From Catajapyx aquilonaris (taxonomy: Eukaryota): a stretch of DNA of 43,636 bases. The notes below the pieces were generated by a model that made no database searches, had not been told where the DNA came from, and saw only the letters and a program-made list of their open reading frames with translations. The stretch lies in the NCBI GenBank assembly GCA_000934665.2, contig JYFJ02003328.1:1-43636 (forward strand), written 5' to 3'. Made by a program: the position numbers and the translations under genes. Below, piece after piece: positions 11,457 through 22,630 of this stretch (positions are counted from its first letter, which is position 1; each line of letters begins with the position of its first letter).

Positions 11457-14435
11457 GTTAATGGTTATATCACAAATAACATAGTTTGGTGGTAAAGTTG
11501 CATCATTGATAGTAAAATGGGCCAGCCAGTTCGATTGCCCTCCATTTTGTTCCGCCCACTCACCATCCACCCACCCACCCACCAAGCCCGCCATTTTGTG
11601 CGACGTCATATTATTCGCCAAAAAATATATATTTTTACGCCCAAGTTTACGCTGCTAAAAAACAACAGGCAACGAACCGAACCCAGCAAACTTTAAACTG
11701 AGCTTAAATTGCCGCGCGTCGACTTAATTAACGTCGGGTTAAAATATTTAACCGAAGCTATTTTAACCCGGTTTATGTTGGGTAATTGGTAGCCTGCGAA
11801 TAGTTTTATGATTTGATATTTTTTGTACACTGTAAATATTGCAGTGGTCTGACCACCCTTACAAGATGGCCCGAATAGAACGGTTTTCCATGCCCGCTGC
11901 TTCCGGGGGCTGATTGCACGCTGGGGGGGCTCTGTACAACTCCGTACATTCCCATGCATCCGGTCCCGCCCCTGGTTGCACTCACCACCGCCTGTGGCCC
12001 GCCCCGGGGCCGCCCCACCGGCCCTCGTCAATCCTGCGTCGTTCCATCGAGGAAGGCGGAGATGGAATAAAAAGGAGGGGGATGCGTTCTGAGGGGGTGG
12101 GGCAGGGCGAGTGGGGCGAGGTTGCCACGTCGACCACGCTGCGTTGCCAAGTCGGGCAGGCGCCAGATTTCAACGTTTCGTTTCGTTCCAAATTGTTTCG
12201 AATGGGCCTTTTGGATGGCTAACAATGAGGCTTTTTTCAACACATTGTTGCATTGTTGTGGGGAGGTACCTGAACGGTACGGAGGTGTTTGTAACGGGAA
12301 GTGGGTTGCGTGGCGTGGCGCATGTGCGGGGTTGTTTTTGAGGGCAAGGCAGGAGCCTAGCCTCGCAGGCCAAGGGGTTCCTCACACCACCAGCCAGACG
12401 GCCATTTTGAATCGACCCACTCCCACAAGAACATTTTTTTGGAAAGAAAAAAAAAACGTAACCCGATGTTAGCTTCCGTAATGTAATTCTTCTGTTGTCG
12501 ATAGGTTGGAGGTCAACGAACTCACCTGTAATTATCCTGACCATAGTATCGGCGTAGTAGCTCACTGAAACATATGCTAGGTTATGCGAAAGGCGCATCA
12601 AATCTATGCAAAATCATGCCATTTTTGCACGTAAGTCGCAATAGTCTTTGCTCACGAAGGGCATTAATCAGATGGACATGAACCGCAGTGAACCTTGGAG
12701 AGTAACCAGGGTTAACCCACCCATACTAAAGAATTTCCATGTAACATTTCTCCGCTATGCAATAATCAGCATCGTTCTCTACTTGAAGAAATGAGGATTT
12801 CCACAGAACCCATCCAAATGAATCAAATGCATCACCAACAGATTATTCTGCATATAAGACCCTTATAGAGAAATAATTATGACAAATTCAGCCCTTCATA
12901 TCCGGTTACTTCGCATAATGAAGCCACTTTCGAGGCACTACGTGAAATCCAGGCCTAAGTTCTACTGATATTGGATCCGCCTACCATGAAACAAAGCCTT
13001 TGTTACGAGGCAGTTCTAAGAATGGTGATGACAAAGAGCAGGTCGTTTCTGTGTATCCGACTCGCGTATGCAGAGTACGGGCAACGTAAGATTTCGGAAT
13101 AATGTGCCACGCCATCTTTATCTACGCAGTCCTCTTGCTACCCTGAGACTCTTTCCCCCCCACCACAAAATGTGGGTCGCGGTCTTAACATCCCTCCAGC
13201 CTTCTTCCCAAACTCCTTCTGGTCCCTCGAAGGAGACATGCATGGAAACCCGATGATTTGGTGGCATGCAAGGAGTGGTAACCCACCTTAAGTTGTGGGG
13301 AGGCCAGGTCGCCAGCGGACCCCAGGACTCGCTGGGAGCTGGCATGGCGGCCATTTCCTGCTGCAGAGAGGAGGGAGAAGAAGGAAGGAGGCCTCTCTGT
13401 CTCCCACAGGAGGACGAAGAGGATGGGGAGGGTTGGAAGAGGGGGACTCCTGGTCTCCCCCTTGCCCCTCGCTAGCCTCGCACCCGATCAGGAACGGGCT
13501 GCAAAACAGGGAATTGTGTGATCCCAGCAGCCGTGTTCAGGCTTCTCCCACACGGCGCTGTTACCCACTCTATCCCGATTACGAGGGACAGGAGGGAAAA
13601 TGGGTTTCTTTTCAAGTTCTTTAGACTTGTGGTTAGGCAAGGTTCTGCAAAGGTGTAACATGTAACACAGGGAAGTAAACAGAACAATGCATTCATAGAA
13701 TTGTAAGGTGTTTGTGTACATGTAACAGAGGGAAGTAAACACCAATGCTTTCATATCACCGGAGCTTTATTTTAACACTAATTCCTTAGTGTGTACATAG
13801 GAATGATTTCTCCCAGTGGAAGTCAGTCAGAAATCTCTAATTTCTCAGATCTTTCCTGCAAGCAACCAGCCAGGCAATAAATGCATGGTCCCTCACACCA
13901 GCAAGTTCCTTCATATTATGGCAGGCCTGCCCATTATTTATGACCTACTGTCAGTAACAAGACAATACATGACATGAGTAAGCCACCCCCCTGTAATCCT
14001 AATAAGCTGGAGTCTAAATGCGAAACCTAGTACCAGGGTGAGCAAATTGTCAGTAAAAACATGGAGCTAGGTCTTACAAACTGGCGGTCCATGTGGCACT
14101 GGGACAATAGCAATTTGGGCAGATGTAAAAATATGCCCCATTAGTGAATTGTAATCTTTGCATGAAGCAGACAGAAACCATCTTACATAAGTTACAAACA
14201 AACATTCAATGGGTATCCCTTTGGTTTAGAACTGCTTGAATAACAAACCGAAGCACAAATGAACCAATCATTCACATCCAACTGGCAGTAAAATACTGAA
14301 CAATCTGTATTTAGCTCATCGGGACCTTAGAATCGAAAATTGGAACCTTTGCCATTTCAACTGTAACAGCCGACTGATTTCTACAAGTTGACTACTACAT
14401 CCCCATCAGAATGGCGTTATTTAAACCATTTGAGA

Positions 14436-17400
14436 TCACTGGGTAATGGCCAAATTAGCCAAGTGGTACTGATGCGAATCTGGGTTCCGTACAAGCACCT
14501 TAAGGTCCCTATTCCACGGCCTAGTGCTTATCAGTTTCAGCAATCCGGGAAGTGCTATGAATCCTAATCCTCTTCCCTGGCCCTCAGTCGCTGAGAATTT
14601 ACCCTGGCAAGCAAATCCAAATGTCTCCCTGGAGCATGCCTCACGAACTGTGGTTACATCTGCCAACCACAGAGAACGGAGCTTCTCATCATGTTGCATT
14701 CCCAAATCTGGCAAAGCATCAGCTGCAACCTTATCCTTTTGCCGATTGATTTGCTCTTGGTTCTTCCTTTTTTTCCTACGTTCCTGTTTTCTGGGAGTAA
14801 AATCCATTCTATTACATACCTATCGACATGAAATAGTATTATGTGTATTATAATATATTTAGAGGCTACTTCCTACCCAACACAATTATGTAGTATGCGT
14901 ATCAGTAGGATATAAATTTCAAATTTGTAAACTTGCATTACAAGCCTCCATTACATATGAGTAAAGATTGTGATAATAAAAGTGAAAATTTCCTAATCCT
15001 GGCATCCGGGCTTGTCACAAGCACGGCAAGAAAAAGCCACTCAGAAGCATTTCATTAAGATATTAAAGAAGTAACATGAAAGTCATGTACTTAACTTGGC
15101 CTGACCAATAACTTAACCGTAATTTTACATTAATTACATTTACAGCAAGGAGCCAGGGATCCTCAAACATTAGCTAATGAATCCATCTTTAAACGCTGCC
15201 CCAGCAGGGCTCAAAAAGAGTTTCATTGATCCTTTGATTATTCTGGCTTGTTTCATTGTCCAAGAAATTAAACTAAGACTGCTTTAAATTCCCTTGGAAA
15301 TTCAACCGTGCACCAATTTGGCTTTAATGTTCACTGGAAGAGTAATGTTCACATAGCATTTCCCATGCTCTTCTTACATGATTCATGTATACACTGAATA
15401 ATAATGTCAGTCAAACTATTACCAGTTAATGTTATGGTTGCAAGCTTACATAAATGATGCCAAATAATTTCGGGTTTATTTCAGGTGTGTACAGATACCT
15501 TAACATGGAAAAGTTTGCGGATCTCTACTTATACCAAATGTGGCAAAAAATTATGCCCCGAACATAAGTCAAGACTGTAAATAAATTCATACTTAATTCT
15601 GATGTGCTCGTGTCTAATTTCCTCCCTCTCAGCCTTGTGTATGTCCTTGTGCTGGGGTTCCGTCCAACCCTTCCTCTGTATGTCGATATTCTGAGGCAGG
15701 CAAATCATTGCTTGGGGTTTAATGTGGCCTTTTTTCACCAGGTTGATCTTGACGGCCACCAAGCAGTTCATCTCTTCTGCAGGAATCTTTTGCAAAAGTG
15801 ATCCTTTCATCTTTTGTTGTGGAGACAAGGCTTCACTCAGTAATTTCAGTCTCATTTTGTTTCTCAAAACAACAGGAACAAGCTGCACCCCCTTCATTTC
15901 TCCAGAAGCAGCAGCCCAGTCTTGTATTAGTTCACTCCACGGAGAGTGGAAAGGAGCCACTGACCCATACTTGACGTAGTTGGGACGATGACTAGGTGGC
16001 AACCTACAAGAATATATCGCTAAAGAGCCTCACCTAACCTGCACATTCATGATCTTGTCCCTTACAACATTATCCTGATAACACTTATGGATTATTATAT
16101 TCTGACTATTTCAATCACCGTGTCTTTTAAAACACGTAGCTTCAATTCCTACACCTGCCTATAAACTTACTAGTTCCTCCAAAGTTATATCCACCTTGAT
16201 GTGCTGGTGTGGCTCCGAGAGATATGTCAGAGTGGGATGTCTTGGCTTCCGACAGAGCCTTCCCAATTAAAATGGCATCTGAACATCCTGAGTCAAAGAG
16301 AGGCACCTCCTTACCTGTAGGTCCCTGCCTCCCTCAGTTATATCATTATTATTTATATTAACCTATGCTATGCTGCTTGGCCTTAGTTGCCCTGGCTCCT
16401 TCCACTAATCTAACTAGAAAACTTGGTAACGGTTTTTTTTAAAATAACCTGCTTAAGGGCTCCTTAACCCTGTAGCGGGCATTGTTGCCTGAGGGCAACA
16501 ATTAATTTGTGCAGGTGCCATAAGCTTCAACATTGGTCCTGGAAACCACAGTGTGGCTTGATGTCACAGTTAGTTTGTTAGCTTCCGCTGGATGACATGC
16601 AATGTCGACAATGTTACGATCGGGATATGGTATGAAGCGGAGAGGAGCCAAGGTCGTTGAAAATGGGGCGCGAAATTTGAATTTGCTGAAGCAGCAATTG
16701 TTTCTGGAGCTGATTAGATATAGGTGCAGATATTAAATATCCAATTGCATGTGTAACACTACAAGAGTAGCTCTCTCGTCGCCATTTGAGGCCATTCTAA
16801 TTTTGCCAGCACAATTTCATCACATTTTTTGGCGGCGCAGGCACAATATTGCTTGAGGTTTGTCCTAAGTCATTGTACTATTTTTATTCAAAAACGGAAA
16901 CATGTACAGATATGACCATTACTACGTTTTAAAGGCCCGGCGATTACAATTTGGACTGGAATATAGATGGCCCCGAGATCTCAAGGGGAGCCGGTAAACG
17001 AAAGGGGATCGTGACCCCCCACCCCGAGCTGCATGAGACGGTGGAAGGGTGGGGGTTATGATCGCCTTTAGTTTTCTGGTCCCCTTTGCGATATGGATGC
17101 CATCTATTTATCAGATGAAATTGTAATCACCGGACCTTCAAAACTTAGCAAAGGTTATCTCTGTATGTGTTACCATTTTTGAATAAAAAAATACTCGCCA
17201 TGACTTTTGACTCACCCGGTGTAACTTCAAAGTCATTGGGTCAGAGATGACCAAAACATAATAAAAACCATCCTTACGTCGCATATGATGAGAAAAGGGC
17301 GTTAGAATTTTTTTCTTCCCCCAATCCTAAATGTGTGCAGTACAGGGTTGATGTGATAATAAGGTGGATGTGGACATTAAGTCTGGATGAATCATTGAGA

Positions 17401-20400
17401 CCCTTTCATCCCAGACTTGTCACCAGGTTGAAATTGTATGTCACCAAGTAGCTTGGGTTGAACATATTCAGAAGAGTGGGAATGGTTTAAAAAATTTACT
17501 AGCGCACAATTAGCATTCCGATTGCCATATGCAACGTTAACCCTAGTGTTTTGTCGATTGCAGATAATGTTTAAAACTATTCTGTTGGGACAAAAAATAT
17601 TTGAGCTCCCCAAAATCACAAAAAACAACGAATCAACTTACGACATAACACAAAAGGAATGGCATGTATCCACATGTAGTGGTAGATAGTCACACTTGTT
17701 TTTTTTCCAAAAGCAGGCCAGCATTGATCTTGAAAAATTTTCCCATGAACTTATGCAAATACTGCCTGGAATTTCCCTTACTAGTTACTGCTAACTTAGC
17801 AGCACCATATTGCAATGGTAATGCTAAGTTAGCAGTAACTAGCAGTGGGACGAAAATTCCACCCAATGACATTCATCAGAAATAAACTACTTCAATTAAA
17901 ATAATGGCATTGTAGGACTTTATTCTCCACCATGTGGTAATACTAGCCTCCATGTCCAAGAAAGTCATTGAACACTGCGTGGGATCTTGACGTTAGAAGC
18001 CTGAATTGATGTCACCAGTGCGTCCACTCACCTTACGTAAAACTCAAGCCACTTGGGCATGAGGATTGCTTCATGTTTTCATAAATATGGACTAGTGCTA
18101 TTGACGTCAGGATCTGAATTAATCATGGATTCATTGCAATAATTTTGCTGTTTATAGCCGGTAATGAATGCGCGACAGCATTGGGCTGTAGGTCCCAGAT
18201 GTTATCAATGGAAATTTGGCTGAAAAGAGAGGGCTCTATCCTTATGGTGAACCATGCAGATGTCCATAAGCCATGAGTCTTCCCTTACCCTGCAAAATCT
18301 TGCTTATTTTAAAAGGAAAATAAATAAGATTTTTTTTTAAAAAACATTTCACTATAAGACAATCCACTGTCAGTGTTTGCAATCATATTTCACATATGAC
18401 TGCAACTATCTACCTGTAAATCACAACTAGACTGATATCAGCAATGTTCTTCCAATTCATAAGATTTTTTTTTTTTTTGGACAACAGACTGTAGTTGTTG
18501 TTATTCCTTTTTAATTGCAAGAGCCAAGGCAACTAAGGCCATGAGACATTGCTGGTTGTCGGTGTGACATACCATTACGTAGTGAAGCCCTACTACCAAC
18601 ATCTACTGATGTGTTGTCAGCCTATTCCACTACCCCTGCATATAACCGAATGTCTGTTATATCAGGAGTAAAAATACGCAGGGCCTTATGAAAGTTTGCC
18701 GGGACCAGCCTTTCGAGTCTGTTAAAACCGAAAGTCTGGTATAGCCAAGGCTGTTATATCCTGATTCAACTGTATTATTTTATGTGCGGTCAATAAAACA
18801 TGAGCCATTCCTATTGTGGAAAACGTGTGGGACAGGGAATAATGCGATTGGGAGGCACAACCTTCAAACCTTAAAGAAATTTATGTGAATGTGCATGTGA
18901 GGTTAGAGGGAGCAGCTGTCACATCACATGATCAAAAGGGAAGCAACACACGGAAAGTCGGTGCTTTAGTGGGTTGCTTCCCATTTGATCACATGATGCA
19001 CCGCCTGGTCCCTCTAGCCGCGCATAATTTTCTTTAAGGTTTGAAGGGTGATCCCTGCCAATGTGTCCCATGGGTTTTCCATGATAAAATTCGGCTCATT
19101 TTTTATTGACTGCACCTAATGTCATCAATTATTGTAAAACAAAACCTTTAATAGGACCTTCTCAAAGGAGAAAATACTTATCCTACCTTTCTTGCCTTAC
19201 AAAAGGCACATAACACATGCCACCATATCCGTTTTCAAACTGAACTTCAAACCATTAGCTCTTCTTAATTAATTTCAAACTCATCACCAACTGGCAGAAT
19301 AAAAAGTGCCTCGTTTTCGTCTGATGAGCAATTCAAGACTACAGAAATCCCATAACTTTTCTTTTATCTGTATTTTTCTCATCTGAGGAGCTCCCAAGCA
19401 AAATCAGCTCTATCCGACCGTGTGAAAAAATGAGTTTGAAGTGGCATTGAATTTTCCATGTTGTCCGCTACCTAGTATTTTGTATCATGACCCATTTGCT
19501 CCGTTCAAAAGAATGAAGCAGGAAGTGAAAAATAAGTACACAGGATGGAAGGTAGGTGAGGGACCATAAGAAGGATTCAGACATAAGGCCCATTCACACA
19601 GGCCGCCGCCGGTTTTGGTTTTTGGTCGCGTTGACACCGCGGACCAATCTGACTCATGTAAACAAGCACAACCCATTGTTTAGAGCTTGTTTACATGGGT
19701 CATGATTGGTCCGCACGGTCAACGCGACCAAAAACCAAAACCGTCGATGGCCTGTGTGAATGGACCTATAAGGGATGTATAAACTACCAGATACATTGGA
19801 TTTGTGCCCATTCCAAGGGACACAAATGTGAGCTGAGATGGGACTACCAGCACACACAACCAGTACCAGTACTCTCAAGTAGCACGACCCCCTGTTGTTT
19901 TCAGGCCGTCAATGGTGGAGCCATCATCAGTAGCCCTGCCCTCAATGGCCATCTAACGGTCACGGCTTGGGTGCACGGACACAAGCCACCCATCAAACTC
20001 ATTCGCGTGAAGGGCCACAAGGAGTAAGCATGAATAATAGTCTAGCACCATCCTGGAACAATAAAATTACACCAATTGCATTTTCAACCAACAAATTACC
20101 AACGTCACCATCTTGGAGAAGTGGTCTTTGTACTCACAGTCAGAGTTGCAAGCCTTCAAAGTTCACCAAATATCAAAAACAAAATTTAAAAATCTTGTTG
20201 TCTTAACTCCACTTATGACTGAACCTAATCCAACATTACGATTATGCACAAAACAATCCCACTAGGCATGCAAAGCATTACAAACTGCCCGAATCAAGAA
20301 CCAAAGTACCTGTGTTCACTAAACAGAAGCTAATTCGTTGCATGTGGTGTCGTTTGGCCCCTGCTGGGAATTGCACCCAGAACAACACGTGTTTTCACAC

Positions 20401-22630
20401 AGTGTTGCACCGCTTGGAACAAGAGCGATTTGTCACCACTACAACACTAACGGAAGTTAGGGGATAGTATTTCAAGAAGACATGCAGCAAAGTAGCAACA
20501 TCTTAATCACATGAATCACTAGTTTTAGTCAGATGTAAAGACCCACCAATCATTGAAATTACTCTACCCTGCAGCTAGCTTCAAAATAATCGCATTCATT
20601 GCTTCACAGAATGAAAACAAGAGTCAAACCTGAAATACTCATCAGTGTTCTCTTTCCTCTTGATGGCTTCGTCCTTTCTGCAGGCCTCTGAATCGGGACA
20701 GTTCCAAGGTGGCAGAAGCCTTCCTTGCTCAAAAGCTATGGACGCTGACTCCTGCATGCCTATCACCTTGGCGCCTCGCTTCATCAGGCTCTTCAGGAAA
20801 GCATTTGCCCAGCCTCGCGGTAGGATCACATCCCATCCACAACCAAAACCTGCAACAATTACACACTCAGTATGGGATCCAAATGTGCAACTCAACAAGC
20901 GCAAAATTATATTGTTGTTTATGAATAAACATTACATTTTTTTTAGATCACGCTAGTCCATTATTCTATGATCTTAGGGCAGTAATACCATATTTACAAC
21001 CTTTGCATGGCTACCGTACCAGTCTTTTCCCCATTTCTGTCTTGCACACCAGGAATCTGAACTAAGATAATTGGCACAGCAGACTCATCATCCCCTAGAT
21101 CCAGCAGGCCTCCTCCGGGAGCAAATTGGGCTTTCAGGTCATTTAGATGCTGGTCTGACGTCATGGTGTCTGTCACATCTTGCCGCACAATCTTGTCCCA
21201 CAGTGGTGAGAAACTCACCATCGACGGAAGCGTGGCAATGGAGCTACCAGAAGTGTCCGAAGTGTCAGCTGCAAAATTAAATTCAAGCTAAGTAATGAGC
21301 GGTGAATAAAATCATGGCATACCTCCGGTAACGGACAAAACACTGGGCTTAAAAATTGACTTAAATCTTCCACACACCCTCAGTGTCCGGTTGTGCGTCC
21401 TGTTGAACAACCAGACGGGGATCTCGCACCACCACACCTAACACGGACTTCGGTGGTAACTGCGAGGGAGACTGTACACCTGCCATTGCCTTCCAGGTAC
21501 GATTCTGCACTTCAAATGCCGTCTTCCTGTCTTCCGTGGTATAGAAAGTAGTCCACCACTTGGACAGGCTCTGGCACCGCTCGAGCGTCACAGCCCCAGC
21601 TTTTCTTCTGACATGCTCACCTAAAATTCTAGCTGGCTTCAGACAATGCTGAAGAGTAGTTAGAGACTCGCTTCCTAAGACTCGGAATCTGTTCAGCAGG
21701 CCTTTCAATGCGCAAAGTCGCACAACGCCATTGCTGTACTCCATGTCTTTACGTCTCTTTTGAGGTGGTTCAGCCTTTTCCTCGAAAGATGAGACCAGCT
21801 GTTCCCAAATATCTTCCCAGAAGGACGGGTGGGCCCAAATCCAAAGGAGGCGCCTTTCATTTTCATCCTTGCTTTCGAGGGGCCTCCACATGAAGGCCAC
21901 TTCCCCGATGGCACCCCTCGGATACAAACCACTCTGAAAGAGTAAGCAGCTTCCCTCATGGCTTCCGTTCAGGTAGCTCGCAGCCGCAAAAGTCAGTCCG
22001 CACAACTTGCTTGTGAGAGAGGACAGGCCATCCACAAGCTGATTTTGCGGGCCTTCAAGTTCGATGCACACATAGAACGAAAGATCCTGCAATATTTGAG
22101 AAAACAGCATCAGATTTGGATCCACAGCACTGTACGCTCTAACGAGTACCTGAACTGTGCAATTGGAAGACAGCTTCTCATTGGGAATGTCCGCTATATT
22201 ACAACCCCATGCTTGAACCATCCGGAACCTGCAACAGCAACATACTTTTTCCACAAGCACTCACAGGTCGTCGAGACAAACATGAAAAACAGCAATAATT
22301 CAATTTGCTTGAAATCCGTGGTCCTTGCTGCAGGCTACCACGGCAGCGTTTGGATATCACCCCCGCTGGGAATCGAACCCAGAACCACACCCGATTCCAG
22401 GTGCTGCTCTGACCACTGAGCTACAAGAGTTCGTCACCATCCACCGGGGCAGCCCTTAGCAACGCACCTTTCACCAAAATCATCTGAACAGCCCATCTGC
22501 GCATCTTTCATGACTTTTGCCTCAGACTCACTCAATTTCCCTGCTCACCAAACAACGAGAGGCGTACTCACCACTTGGCATGCCAATCGTGCGTTTCCGT
22601 CCGAGCCGACGTGTCATTGTTACTTGACAT
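14436..22630 (-). CDS. POP1: POP1 paralog, copy B; N-terminally truncated and diverged, ~693 aa
   Basis: Exons 22630-22572, 22228-22150, 22086-21378, 21268-21020, 20849-20630, 16003-15593, 14790-14436 (2082 nt, open frame). Intron positions and phases match copy A where comparable. Motifs ETHDWHAKWFRM, LLWIWAHPS, GFGCGWDVILPRGW, RLPPSHRPNY, VLVRNPDSHQYHLA. The start codon is inferred. Confidence 0.85.
16853..17223. mobile_element. MITE family C, palindromic copy (Tc1/mariner-like end)
   Basis: Imperfect ~180-bp inverted arms; right end GACTTTTGACTCACCCGGTGTA. Confidence 0.62.
17768..17860. repeat. Short inverted repeat (hairpin or MITE remnant)
   Basis: Perfect 21-bp arms ctagttactgctaacttagca (17781-17801) and tgctaagttagcagtaactag (17822-17842). 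Confidence 0.75.
18783..19116. mobile_element. MITE family B, internally deleted hairpin form
   Basis: TA-TGTGCGGTCAATAAAA ... TTTTATTGACTGCACC-TA; the arms abut directly. Confidence 0.72.
19587..19766. mobile_element. MITE family A, full palindromic copy (PIF/Harbinger-like)
   Basis: TAA-GGCCCATTCACACAGGCC ... GGCCTGTGTGAATGGACC; the element is near-palindromic throughout. Confidence 0.7.
20357..20426 (-). ncRNA. tRNA-like element T8 in POP1b intron (counterpart of T5)
   Basis: Acceptor GCTCTTG/CAGGGGC, middle arm CAACAC-T-GTGT-GAAA-ACAC-GTGTTG, T arm CTGGG TGCAATT CCCAG. Confidence 0.6.
22359..22430 (-). ncRNA. tRNA-like cloverleaf T9 in the POP1b intron after the WHAK exon (counterpart of T7)
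   Basis: Acceptor ACTCTTG/CGGGGGT, D arm GCTC-AGTGGTCA-GAGC, middle arm CACCTG-GAAT-CGGGTG, T arm CTGGG TTCGATT CCCAG. Confidence 0.7.

Noticed and set aside
12527..12567. Small minus-strand exon-like segment with AG and GTGAGT boundaries
   Set aside because: It could be a POP1a 5' UTR exon but cannot be supported without transcript data.
11850..13620. RNase P or MRP RNA gene between the POP1 copies
   Set aside because: No convincing pair of P4 signature segments seen by eye. An Infernal search with the nuclear RNase P and MRP models would settle it.
13068..13754. Short overlapping ORFs between the POP1 copies
   Set aside because: No recognisable homology or coherent splice structure.
16464..17350. 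piggyBac-like element (TTAACCCTGTA ... TACAGGGTTGA)
   Set aside because: Only 7 bp of terminal match and an imperfect right TTAA; too weak to call.
2706..22430. Calling the nine cloverleaves functional tRNA genes
   Set aside because: Anticodon loops are non-canonical in size, no oligo-T terminators follow, and two have a broken B-box.
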